From assembly GCA_030167145.1 (NCBI GenBank), contig CP126532.1:960001-992000 (forward strand): a stretch of 32,000 nt of DNA, written 5' to 3'. Shown piece after piece: positions 7,592 through 16,096 of the stretch. Source of the DNA: Ktedonobacterales bacterium. Its GTDB lineage: Bacteria > Chloroflexota > Ktedonobacteria > Ktedonobacterales > JADMIN01. The position numbers and the translations under genes are program-made. Within the stretch, counting starts at the first letter, position 1, and each line of letters begins with the position of its first letter. A model generated the notes under the pieces. The model did not search any database, was not told where the DNA came from, and saw nothing but the letters and a program-made list of their open reading frames with translations.

Positions 7592-8932
7592 TTACGAGCC
7601 GGTGGGGGTGCGCGTGAGGGCTGTGCGACGCCGCGCAAGCAGGAAGCGTGCGCCACCTGCACCCGCGCCAAGGACGGTCAGGGTCAGCAGGAGCAGGAGG
7701 ACAGGCAACGGGATGCCGCTGTTGCTCGTTGGCCTGTGGGTAGGCGCAGTGGCATTGGTGGTTGCTGGTGGCGTCGAAGCGAGTGCCACGCTGCCTCCGG
7801 CTGGTGTCGTGGTGGGACTGGCGGCTGGTGTGCCAGTGGGTTGGTGGGTTGGGTTGGGGGTGCTTGCTGGTCCGCCTCCTGATCCGCTGCCGGGGATGGG
7901 TGGATTGGTGAGCGGAAAGGTGGTGTACGCGGTGGCGTAATAGGGATCGCCGAAGTAGGAAATTTGCACTTGTGTGGCGCCGCCCAGCGAGGGGACGGGC
8001 TGGAAGGTGATCAGCACGGTGCCGTCGGCGCGGATGGGAAGGGAGTTCGAGTAGTGTGGTCCGAGGCGGATGAGGATGGTGCCGGTGGGCGTGGGCAAGC
8101 CAGGGGCGGCGTGGAGCACCACATAGAAGGTCAGCGACTGATGCGGCGCCAAGGTGGTGGGGTTGGTATACAACTGCTCGCTGCCCAGCGCATGTTCCTT
8201 GCTGACGGTGATGGTGTTCTGCGCGTTATTCGGCGCGAAGTCGGTGGTGCCGCTGAAGTGGCAACTGAGCTTGTAGACGCCGACGGGGGTGGGGGCGGTG
8301 ACGGTGACGGCGTCATTGGCGTTGGGGACGAGGTTGGCGAAGGACAGCGAGGTGGGGCCAGTGAAGGTGATGGTATAGGTGCCGTCCTGAAAATCCACCG
8401 GTACCGGTGGATTCTCGAAGGACATGGTGACGGTGAGCGCCTGGCCGGGCAGCGCGAAGGCGCCTGCGGCGCAATCCATGCTGGGGGCGGCGCGTAGGAT
8501 GGTGAAGACGAGGGGATTGCTCTGGACGGTGGTCTGGGAGGCGGCGTCGTAGTAGGTGGCGATGGCGGTATGCTGGCCGGGGGGAAACTGAGGAATGCGG
8601 GCGAAGACGTGCAGGGTGTTGCCAATGGGACCGACGCTATCGGCGAACTTTTGCCCCTCGACGACGATGAAGAATTGGTTGGGGTTAGGGGCCGGTGCGC
8701 TCTGGGGGTAGGTCAGCGTGGCGTCCATCATAGGGTTATCGCTGCCATAGGAGAAGGTGGTGCCGTTGCGCGAGGTGAGCACGATGGCGTAGCCGGTGGT
8801 GTCGGCGGGGTAAGCCCGCGCTGGCGCAGTGAGCAGCAGGACACTGGCCAGGATACCAGCCAGGATACCGGCAGCGAGGGACGAGAACAGAACGAGCAGG
8901 CGTAACGTGTGGGAGAGTGGTGTCCGTCTCAT
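7592..8932 (-). CDS. secreted/cell-surface protein with beta-rich Ig-like repeats, Pro/Thr-rich stalk and C-terminal membrane anchor
   Basis: Start moved to ATG 8932 (MRRTPLSHTLRLLVLFSSLAAGILAGILASVLLLTAPARA, signal-peptide-like). Three stretches of about 100 aa alternate hydrophobic and polar residues. C-terminus has a PT-rich linker, then GIPLPVLLLLLTLTVLGAGAGG, then RFLLARRR. Confidence 0.7.
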   Translation of the reverse strand: MRRTPLSHTLRLLVLFSSLAAGILAGILASVLLLTAPARAYPADTTGYAIVLTSRNGTTFSYGSDNPMMDATLTYPQSAPAPNPNQFFIVVEGQKFADSVGPIGNTLHVFARIPQFPPGQHTAIATYYDAASQTTVQSNPLVFTILRAAPSMDCAAGAFALPGQALTVTMSFENPPVPVDFQDGTYTITFTGPTSLSFANLVPNANDAVTVTAPTPVGVYKLSCHFSGTTDFAPNNAQNTITVSKEHALGSEQLYTNPTTLAPHQSLTFYVVLHAAPGLPTPTGTILIRLGPHYSNSLPIRADGTVLITFQPVPSLGGATQVQISYFGDPYYATAYTTFPLTNPPIPGSGSGGGPASTPNPTHQPTGTPAASPTTTPAGGSVALASTPPATTNATAPTHRPTSNSGIPLPVLLLLLTLTVLGAGAGGARFLLARRRTALTRTPTGS

Positions 8933-9186
8933 AGGTGAAGAAATCCTTGTAAGTGGGAATGCATCCGGCGTGGCCGCCCGATACCCTGCTGGATACCCTG
9001 CCGCATCGCGAGCACTGATCGCACGGCATGGCCAACGTGGGGCAACGTGGCGACCAAACAAAGGCGTGGCCTGATTGCTAAGACGAAAGACAGACGGGCG
9101 AGTAACGGTGCGGCTATGCGTGAGGGAGCCAGGGGGAAGAGAGACACGGACGCTGTGCCCGAGGCACGGCGAGGCCGCATGCGCGG

Positions 9187-9650
9187 GTGGCACGGATGCG
9201 GCGCTCGCTGCAACGCAATCAACTTGGCACGGTGGTCAAGGAGCCGAAGAACAAACGTTCACGGCGGCAGATCGCGTTGGCGGCGCCAGCGATGGAGGCG
9301 CTGCATAGGCATTGGGTGCGGCAGCATGAGGAACGCTCATTGTTGGGTGCGGCATGGGAGGAGCATGGTCTGGTGTTCTGTCGAGCGACGGGCCGACCGC
9401 TCGATGCGACGAGCGTGCTGAGGCGCGGCTTCTATCGCCTGCTCGAACACGCTGGTCTGCTGCGTGTGCGTTTCCACGATCTGCGGCACACGGCAGCGAC
9501 GTTGCTGCTGGGTGCGCGGGTCAATCCGAAAATCGTCTCCGAGATGCTCGGCCATAGCACGGTGGGGTCACCCTGGACATCTACTCGCATGTGCTGCCCG
9601 ACATGCAGCAGGATGCTGCTGCCGTGATGGGCAACCTGTTAGTCGGATGA
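9187..9650 (+). pseudogene. tyrosine (phage-type) integrase, C-terminal catalytic-domain remnant with frameshift
   Basis: Box II RFHDLRHTAATLLL...SEMLGHSTV is present. The catalytic-Tyr segment VTLDIYSHVLPDMQQDAAAVMGNLLVG* continues in another frame from 9567 after the GGGG run at 9564-9567. The N-terminal SAM-like/core-binding half is absent, and the box I region is garbled (MARMRRSLQRNQLGTVV). Confidence 0.8.
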
Positions 9651-9825
9651 TGAGGAGAGGTGTGTAGTTGATTGCTTTTGATGTGGTGGTTTTGAGCTTA
9701 TGCTGTCTATTTTGCTGTCAACGCTGGACGAGGAGGTGTGCGAGACGAGAGAGGCGCCATGCGGCGGGTGTGGAGTGTGTGGTTGTAGGGACTGAATTGA
9801 AGCGAGGTTGGACGCAAGAGCGCTG

Positions 9826-9911
9826 TGGTGCCGGTGGGGGGACTCGAACCCCCAAGCCCGTGAGGGCAGTGGTTTTTGAGACCACCGCGTATACCATTCC
9901 GCCACGCCGGC
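9826..9911 (-). tRNA. tRNA-Leu (anticodon CAA), class II with long variable arm, encoded CCA
   Basis: Reverse complement GCCGGCG-TG-GCGGAATGGTATACGC-G-GTGGT-CTCAAAA-ACCAC-TGCCCTCACGGGCT-GGGGG-TTCGAGT-CCCCC-CACCGGC-A-CCA folds as a cloverleaf. There is one C-A mismatch in the acceptor stem (6:67). Confidence 0.92.
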
Positions 9912-9944
9912 GCGTGTCGCGCTCCTATTGGGAGCGCACCATGC

Positions 9945-9974
9945 AGTATAGACATCCGCGCGCCCAACCGTCAA
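9945..9974 (-). promoter_or_regulatory. candidate promoter for tRNA-Leu (TTGACG-N18-TATACT)
   Basis: On the reverse strand, TTGACG (9974-9969), an 18 nt spacer, then TATACT (9950-9945). It lies about 35 nt upstream of the tRNA 5' end. A short leader hairpin GCGCTCC/GGAGCGC sits between them. Confidence 0.55.
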
Positions 9975-9993
9975 GCGCGGAACATTCCCGTTA

Positions 9994-11517
9994 TCAGCAG
10001 CTACACTGAATCGGATTGTCCTTGTAATAGCTTGCAAGCCACTTGGCAGCCGCCTTACTCGTATCCAGCGTCGGCCCGGCCCAGAAATAATCCACGTTCC
10101 AATTCGCCAGTTTATCGCGCGGCACGGGCAGATCATAGTACCAGAACACGCCCTCCCACCACGACGCGCCGGAGAACGTCTGCACCAGCGCCTGCATATC
10201 GTTCAACTGCTCGACATCGTCCTCATCCGTGCTGCTCGCGGACGAATTCGGCCCCGCGCTGGCCCCGGTATAGCTCGGATAGCCCGCTTCGGTGAAAAGC
10301 ACCGGACGGTCGAACTTGGCGGAGAGTTTCTCGATCTTGCCGTAGATGTCGCCCTGGCCGCCAGAGCCAGCGCCGGAATCCTGTTTGCCGTGCCAGGCGT
10401 CCATCAGCACGTTGATCGGCGGGTGCAGCGCGCCATTGGTCAACGGGAAATAAGCGTTGATGCCGATGATGTCCACCGCATCCCACCACGCGATATGGTC
10501 GAACTCGCTCGATGTGGCCGTGCCAGTATTCGACGAGCTACCGCTCCAACTCGCGGCATAGATCAGCTTGCCCTTGTAGTCCCCGCCCGGCAGCGACTTC
10601 GTGTGATTGGAAAGCAGATTGTAATTTGGCTGCTCGATGGCGTTGATCACATGCCGCCACTCGCATTCCCGGCGGCCCGTAGCGTTCTGCGGGCACGAAT
10701 CGCCAGGCACGCTGCGGTCAATGCCCTTGGGATCGTTCTTGGCGCTGGTCGCATCCGTGTCATACGAGACACTCGTCAGACTATCGCCAACGATGAAGTA
10801 GGGCAGATGATACTTGGCTGAGAGTTGCGCGTAGGTGGCGGCGAATGCAACATAGTTGTCGAACCACGCCTTCTCAGCCTTACCCACATTGACCTGCGTA
10901 TTGGTCACAGGCGACTGATATGAGGCGGTAGAGGGCAGATCGGTCCATGCTGAGCCGACCTGATCGCCGCTAGGATTGGTGTCGTTGTAGGGATCCTGCT
11001 GCTGAATCTGCAATTCGAGGATCGGCACCAGACCCGCCGTGCGCGCGTCTTTGATGGCCTGCTCATAATCTGACTGCGGAAGCGTGTCCCTATCGTTCTT
11101 GTCGGTATTGTGCCAGGCGATGTAGCTGTCGCTGCGATATGGCATGTCGGCCACGATGGGAATGATCACCGAGTTCATGTGATAGGTCTTGGCCTGGTCC
11201 TTCATGTTCGCCAGCGAAGCCGGACTGGTATAGCCCGCATTCTTGTAGCCTTCCTGCCGCGTCCACGGGTAGTCGAATCCCTGGAACTCGGATGACGCGC
11301 CCGCCGCCCCCGGTGTATTCGTGTTCGCCTGCGCTTGCAGTCCTGGCGCCAGAAACAGGAGCCACGGTAGCAGCGCCTGCCCCACCACCAGCGACACCAC
11401 CAACACCGGCAGCGCGATCAGCACGCTCAACCGCAGAGCTTTGGCGCTGGGTGGCTTCCGGCCGGGAATGGGGATTGGATTCGTGCCGGGCAACAGGGGG
11501 GCAGGCGAGAGCGGCAT
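9994..11517 (-). CDS. membrane-anchored extracytoplasmic protein, putative TIM-barrel glycoside hydrolase
   Basis: 507 aa with an N-terminal TM anchor (LRLSVLIALPVLVVSLVVGQALLPWLLFLAP). The VLFTEAGYPS motif resembles a clan GH-A nucleophile strand, and the aromatic-rich C-terminal half fits. SD AGAGGAG lies upstream of ATG 11517. Family assignment is not certain. Confidence 0.6.
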   Translation of the reverse strand: MPLSPAPLLPGTNPIPIPGRKPPSAKALRLSVLIALPVLVVSLVVGQALLPWLLFLAPGLQAQANTNTPGAAGASSEFQGFDYPWTRQEGYKNAGYTSPASLANMKDQAKTYHMNSVIIPIVADMPYRSDSYIAWHNTDKNDRDTLPQSDYEQAIKDARTAGLVPILELQIQQQDPYNDTNPSGDQVGSAWTDLPSTASYQSPVTNTQVNVGKAEKAWFDNYVAFAATYAQLSAKYHLPYFIVGDSLTSVSYDTDATSAKNDPKGIDRSVPGDSCPQNATGRRECEWRHVINAIEQPNYNLLSNHTKSLPGGDYKGKLIYAASWSGSSSNTGTATSSEFDHIAWWDAVDIIGINAYFPLTNGALHPPINVLMDAWHGKQDSGAGSGGQGDIYGKIEKLSAKFDRPVLFTEAGYPSYTGASAGPNSSASSTDEDDVEQLNDMQALVQTFSGASWWEGVFWYYDLPVPRDKLANWNVDYFWAGPTLDTSKAAAKWLASYYKDNPIQCSC

Positions 11518-11543
11518 GCTCGAAAACTCCTCTACAATACTCG

Positions 11544-12509
11544 TTATGCGGGGAAGGCCAGCTTCCGATACTTCTCAGCGGTCTCATACCAGGCTTCTTC
11601 CGAGAGACCCAGCCGCTCGCGCAGCGCCTCCGGCGCGATGCCCGCGCGCAACTGGCGCACGGCGTAGATGTCGCGCAGCAGTTGCAGCGTCACCCGCTTC
11701 TCAATCTTCGCGCGCTTGACCGCCGCGCCCAGGATGTAATTCAGGTTGCGGTCGGTACACTCGAAGACGTGTTCGCGCGGCTGGAAGCGCTCCAGATAGC
11801 GTTCGTACATCGCCGTCCACTGTTGCGGAAGCTCCATACGCCGCTCGCGCCGCCGTTTCGCCTGGCCGGGAAAGTGTACCTCAATCGCGGGATGCTCCGG
11901 GTCCGCGACATCCACATGGGCCAGTCGCAGCCCCTTCACCTCCTCTTTCTTTAGCCCCGTCGCCAGCAGCAGCGTCACCAGCACCTGCGCACGCACATCG
12001 CTGCTGGCGGCCTCCTCCAGCCGCGCCACCTCGTCCTCAAAGAGCAGTTCCGGCAGCGGCGGCGCGGGGCGGGTCAGCGCAATATTCTCCGCCAGATCGT
12101 GCGGCAGCACGCGCGTCTCGGCCAGCCACGCGAAGAAGTTCTTCAGAAACGTCACCCGTCGCGCCATCGTCTTGGGCGCGGGCGGCGCGGCGCGATCAAA
12201 CTTCAGGTGGCTCAGCCAGCGCGTGATGTGCCCCCGCGCGATGCGGCGCAGTTCCATCTCGCGGCCTGTGAACTCCGTGAACATGCGCAGATCGGAGAGG
12301 AAGCAGGTGATGGTGTAGCCCGAATGGTTGGTGCGCCGCAGATATTCGCTATACGGCAGCGCGCACGCGCTCAGCGCCGAGCCTGCCGTGAGCGGCGGCA
12401 GCGTCACTAGCGATGGCCGCTGCGCCGCCGCTTGCGCTTCTTCCGGCTGTGGAAAGAACAGGCTCGGCTGCTCCACCGGCTCGGATTGGAATGGTCGCAC
12501 GTCCGACAT
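11544..12509 (-). CDS. tyrosine-recombinase-like (XerC/XerD/integrase fold) protein with non-canonical active-site residues
   Basis: N-terminal SAM-like domain pattern (YSEYLRRTNHSGYTITCFLSDLRMFTEF...ITRWLSHL...TFLKNFFAWL). In the catalytic-domain pattern, box I reads ATGLKKEE (Lys where Arg is expected), box II reads LQLLRDIYA (Q and D where His is expected), and the tail reads LGLSEEAWYETAEKYRKL. Confidence 0.7.
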   Translation of the reverse strand: MSDVRPFQSEPVEQPSLFFPQPEEAQAAAQRPSLVTLPPLTAGSALSACALPYSEYLRRTNHSGYTITCFLSDLRMFTEFTGREMELRRIARGHITRWLSHLKFDRAAPPAPKTMARRVTFLKNFFAWLAETRVLPHDLAENIALTRPAPPLPELLFEDEVARLEEAASSDVRAQVLVTLLLATGLKKEEVKGLRLAHVDVADPEHPAIEVHFPGQAKRRRERRMELPQQWTAMYERYLERFQPREHVFECTDRNLNYILGAAVKRAKIEKRVTLQLLRDIYAVRQLRAGIAPEALRERLGLSEEAWYETAEKYRKLAFPA

Positions 12510-12642
12510 ATGGCGCCTCGTCGTGCTGGTAGGCCAGCAAGCCTGAGAAATCCGTGTCTGTGCCGCAATCTGCTACCGTTCGCAGTATCTTCGATTTCGC
12601 GCCAGTTTGCAAGCGCACCGGGACCACACGCAATCTCCGCCC

Positions 12643-12672
12643 TTGTCGCGCCCTTGACGCCTGTGGTATGCT
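12643..12672 (+). promoter_or_regulatory. candidate csoR-copA promoter (TTGTCG-N18-TGgTATGCT extended -10); a TTGACG at 12654 is an alternative -35
   Basis: Hexamers read directly. The operator lies immediately downstream. The exact promoter choice is uncertain. Confidence 0.35.
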
Positions 12673-12680
12673 CTAGACGA

Positions 12681-12703
12681 ACCCCTACCCAGGGGGTATG
12701 GGT
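12681..12703. promoter_or_regulatory. CsoR operator (GC-rich pseudopalindrome)
   Basis: In ACCCCTACCCAGGGGGTATGGGT, the left arm is ACCCCTACCC and the reverse complement of the right arm is ACCCATACCC (9/10 match). It lies 30 nt upstream of the csoR ATG. It is the same TACCC...GGGTA type as described for CsoR-regulated cop promoters. Confidence 0.75.
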
Positions 12704-12734
12704 GAACACCGGCAAGCGAAAGTGAGGACACACG

Positions 12735-13001
12735 ATGCGTGCCGACAAATCTGAGGTGCTCAAACGCCTCAACTACATCGAAGGCCATCTCGGCGGCATC
12801 CGCAAGATGGTCGAAGACGACAAGTACTGCGTGGACATCCTGCGCCAGACCTACGCCGTCCGCAAGTCTATCGAAAAGCTCGAAGCGCTGATCCTGGAAA
12901 ACCATCTACACGGCTGCGTGCCGGAGGGCATCAAGGCTGGGCGCGAAGAAGCGACCATCGAAGAGTTGATGCAACTTTATAACCTGGCCGGCAATCGTTA
13001 A
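12735..13001 (+). CDS. csoR: copper-sensing transcriptional repressor CsoR
   Basis: 88 aa. CsoR/RcnR (DUF156) signature with Cu ligands C (KYCVDIL) and H..C (ENHLHGC). Sits directly upstream of copA. Confidence 0.95.
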   Translation: MRADKSEVLKRLNYIEGHLGGIRKMVEDDKYCVDILRQTYAVRKSIEKLEALILENHLHGCVPEGIKAGREEATIEELMQLYNLAGNR

Positions 13002-13036
13002 CCAGCAACCGACGTACATAGATTCGGAGGTGCGGC

Positions 13037-15643
13037 ATGGCCGATATCGTGCGCGCAAGCGCGCCGTCCCTGTCGCGAGAAAATACAACCAATATCCAGC
13101 AACCGCTCGAACCGCGCACCGCCACGTTCGCCATCGAAGGCATGACCTGCGCTTCGTGTGCGCTGCGGGTCGAAAAGGGCCTCAAGAAAGTGTCCGGCGT
13201 CACCAGCGCCAGCGTCAATCTCGCCACTGAGCGCGCCACCGTCGCCTACGATCCCGCCGTTGCCTCGCTCGACGACCTCGTCGCGAAGGTAGACGCCACC
13301 GGCTACAAAGCGATTCCGCTGACCCCACCAGCGTCACCGGCAACGCCCGCTGAGACCACTGTCGAGCTAGCCATCACCGGCATGACCTGCGCCTCCTGCG
13401 TGCGCCGCGTCGAGCGCAGCCTCAGCCGCGTCCGCGGCGTCACCGAGGCCAGCGTCAATCTCGCCACCGAGCGCGCCACCGTCACCTATGCGCCCAACGC
13501 GACGAGCGTCGCCGACCTCACCAGCGCCGTGGAGCATGCGGGCTATGGCGCTGAAGAAATTGTCGTCGCGCCGCTTGCACACGCGAGCGACGTAGATGGC
13601 GCGCTGCCCGAACTCGAAGACGCGACGGCGGCGCGGCGCCTGCGCGACCTGCGCCATAAGCGCAACACGTTGCTGCTCGGCATCGCGCTCACCATCCCCG
13701 TCTCTGTGCTCTCGATGTTCCTCATGAACCGCTTCCCCGGCGAGAATTACCTGCTGCTGGCGCTGACCATCCCCATCTGGGGCTACGTCGGCTGGGACTT
13801 CCACCGCACCGCGCTGCGCGTGCTGCGCCACTTCGGCGCGAATATGGATGTGCTGGTCAGTCTCGGCTCGACCGCCGCATTCCTGATGAGCGTCGTCGCC
13901 ACCTTCGCGCCGCAGGTCGTGGGCGGCGTCACCTTCTACGACACCACCGCGCTGATCGTGACACTGATCTACCTTGGCAAGTATCTCGAAGCCCGCGCCA
14001 AGGGGCAGACCAGCGCCGCCATTGCCCGCCTTGCTGGACTCCGCGCCAGCGTGGCGCACGTGTTGCGCGGCGAGCGCGAAGTGGATGTGCCCCTCGCTCA
14101 GGTGGTCGCGGGCGATGTGCTGATCGTGCGCCCCGGCGAGAAGCTACCCACCGACGGCGAGGTGCTCTCCGGCGAGTCTTCGGTGGACGAATCTATGCTC
14201 ACCGGCGAGAGCCTGCCCATCGAGAAGCGCGCTGGCGATCCCGTCATCGGCGCAACGCTCAATACCACCGGCATGCTGCGCATCCGCGCGACCAAAGTCG
14301 GCGGCGATACGCTGCTGGCGAGCATCATCCGGCTGGTGGAGCAGGCGCAAGGCTCCAAAGCGCCGATCCAGCGGCTGGCCGATACCGTGGCTGGCATCTT
14401 CGTGCCAGCCGTGCTGGTCATCGCCGCGCTCACCTTCATCGGCTGGAGCGTCGCGGGCTACCTCTTCGGCTTCGCCCCAGCGCCCACGATGGATGCTGCC
14501 GCCGCCAGTCCGTGGATTGTCGCGCTGGTTGCCGCGATTGCCGTGCTGGTGGTCGCCTGCCCCTGCGCGCTTGGGCTGGCCACGCCTACCGCGATCATGG
14601 TCGGCACCGGCAAGGGCGCGGAATCCGGCGTACTCATCAAGGGCGGCGAAAGCTTGGAGCGCATCCAGGCGGTGACGGCGGTGATGCTCGATAAGACGGG
14701 CACCATCACTCGTGGCAAGCCCGCGCTGACCGACATCATCCCCGCCCCCGGCGCAACGTTCGCCGAAGATGACCTGCTGCGGCTGGCGGCCAGCGCAGAA
14801 AACGCCTCCGAGCATCCGCTGGCGCGGGCCATCGTCGCGGGCGCGGAAGCGCGTGGAATGTCGCTTACCAGCGCGGTGGAGTCGTTCAGCGCGATTCCGG
14901 GCGGCGGGGTCGCGGCGCGCATCGCCGGGCACGACGTGCTGATCGGCACGCGCAAGTTGCTCGCCGGACGCGGCATTGATGCAGCCCCTGTGGAATCTAC
15001 GCTCGACGCGCTGGAAGCTGCGGGCAAGACGGCGATGCTGCTTGCGGTGGACGGGACGCTCGCGGGTGTGCTTGCCGTGGCCGACACCGTGAAGACCGGC
15101 TCAGCAGAGGCCATCGCCGCGCTGCAACGGCAGGGCATTGCCGTCTGGATGATTACCGGCGACAACGCGCTTACAGCACGGAGCGTCGCCGCGCAGGTGG
15201 GCATTCCCGCCGAACAGGTGCTGGCCGAGACGCTGCCTGGCGAGAAGGCGGCGCACGTCAAGGCACTGCAAGCGCGCGGTCTGGTGGTTGCCTTCGCGGG
15301 CGACGGCATCAACGACGCGCCCGCGCTGGCCCAGGCGGATGTCGGCGTGGCGATGGGCACGGGCACCGATATCGCGATGGAGACGGCGGATATCGCTCTG
15401 GTCAAGGGCAACCTGCGCAGCCTCGACACCGCCCTGCGCCTCTCGCGCGCCACGATGCGGATCATCAAGCAAAATCTGTTCTGGGCCTTCGCCTATAACA
15501 CCGTGCTGATTCCGCTCGCCATCGCCTCGCCCGCCATTCCCGCGCTGCGCGAGAGCGCGCCGGTCTTCGCCGCCGCCGCGATGGCGCTTTCATCGGTTAC
15601 AGTCGTCAGCAATTCGCTGCGACTGCGGAAATTTCGCAACTAG
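13037..15643 (+). CDS. copA: copper-translocating P1B-type ATPase CopA with two N-terminal HMA domains
   Basis: Two GMTCASC motifs, TGES, CPC ([12 protein letters not shown]), [32 protein letters not shown] lies upstream. Confidence 0.97.
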   Translation: MADIVRASAPSLSRENTTNIQQPLEPRTATFAIEGMTCASCALRVEKGLKKVSGVTSASVNLATERATVAYDPAVASLDDLVAKVDATGYKAIPLTPPASPATPAETTVELAITGMTCASCVRRVERSLSRVRGVTEASVNLATERATVTYAPNATSVADLTSAVEHAGYGAEEIVVAPLAHASDVDGALPELEDATAARRLRDLRHKRNTLLLGIALTIPVSVLSMFLMNRFPGENYLLLALTIPIWGYVGWDFHRTALRVLRHFGANMDVLVSLGSTAAFLMSVVATFAPQVVGGVTFYDTTALIVTLIYLGKYLEARAKGQTSAAIARLAGLRASVAHVLRGEREVDVPLAQVVAGDVLIVRPGEKLPTDGEVLSGESSVDESMLTGESLPIEKRAGDPVIGATLNTTGMLRIRATKVGGDTLLASIIRLVEQAQGSKAPIQRLADTVAGIFVPAVLVIAALTFIGWSVAGYLFGFAPAPTMDAAAASPWIVALVAAIAVLVVACPCALGLATPTAIMVGTGKGAESGVLIKGGESLERIQAVTAVMLDKTGTITRGKPALTDIIPAPGATFAEDDLLRLAASAENASEHPLARAIVAGAEARGMSLTSAVESFSAIPGGGVAARIAGHDVLIGTRKLLAGRGIDAAPVESTLDALEAAGKTAMLLAVDGTLAGVLAVADTVKTGSAEAIAALQRQGIAVWMITGDNALTARSVAAQVGIPAEQVLAETLPGEKAAHVKALQARGLVVAFAGDGINDAPALAQADVGVAMGTGTDIAMETADIALVKGNLRSLDTALRLSRATMRIIKQNLFWAFAYNTVLIPLAIASPAIPALRESAPVFAAAAMALSSVTVVSNSLRLRKFRN

Positions 15644-15689
15644 TTCCGTTCGTTGTGTGTCGTTGGTTTCTAGAGGAGGAGCAATCCCA

Positions 15690-15908
15690 ATGTCTCAAGT
15701 TCAAGCCGTCACCCTGTCCGTGCCCGATGTAAGCTGCGAGCACTGCGTCAAGGCGATCTCTGGCGCGCTCGGTCCGCTCGCCGGTGTGGAGCAGGTCCAG
15801 ACCGACATCCCCAGCAAGACCGTACAACTGCGCTACGATCCAGCCCAGGTTTCGATGACCCAGATCGAAGCCGCGCTCGATGACGCGGGCTACACCGTCG
15901 CCAAATAA
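15690..15908 (+). CDS. copZ: copper chaperone CopZ (single HMA domain)
   Basis: 72 aa from ATG 15690, preceded by SD GAGGAGGA. Metal site is VSCEHC, with a ferredoxin-like HMA pattern. The ORF-track start at 15657 is rejected. Confidence 0.9.
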   Translation: MSQVQAVTLSVPDVSCEHCVKAISGALGPLAGVEQVQTDIPSKTVQLRYDPAQVSMTQIEAALDDAGYTVAK

Positions 15909-15930
15909 CGCGGCTGCGCCATATCTACAC

Positions 15931-15964
15931 AAAAGCGGCGGGCAGAACGCCCGTCGCTTTTGTA
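15931..15964 (+). terminator. rho-independent terminator of the cop operon
   Basis: Stem GCGGCGGGC / GCCCGTCGC (one mismatch), short loop, followed by TTTTGT. Confidence 0.65.
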
Positions 15965-16096
15965 TGCCGCTTGCGCAACGCCGCCCGCGCATTATATCCT
16001 TGCTTCAAGGCACTGCCACATTTAGCGCATCATTGCCGTGCTATCAGTGAGAGTTCTTCCAAGCGAATTCATATCAAGCGCATCGTGCGCAAAGCC

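Larger units (their letters stand above)
611..9857. mobile_element. putative decayed tRNA-Leu-integrated genomic island (~9.2 kb) bounded by the 32-nt direct repeats
   Basis: Direct repeats at 611-642 and 9826-9857. A tyrosine integrase remnant (9187-9650) lies inside, next to the intact tRNA. The original tRNA terminator remains at the distal repeat (561-589). Cargo is transporter and surface-protein genes plus a truncated gene. Confidence 0.55.

Noticed and set aside
8933-9193. N-terminal 87-codon extension of the surface-protein ORF, and similar 5' extensions of the HAD (29956-30291), yraN (22613-22786), copZ (15657-15689), PotB-like (4364-4468) and PotA-like (6590-6691) ORFs
   Set aside because: The extensions lack protein-like composition, overlap neighbouring genes or regulatory sequence, and internal starts give canonical N-termini and/or an SD.
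13367-15992. Antisense or alternate-frame ORFs across copA/copZ (13367-14059, 14144-14932, 14458-15468, 15606-15992)
   Set aside because: Shadow ORFs of the unambiguous CopA and CopZ reading frames, with no motifs of their own.
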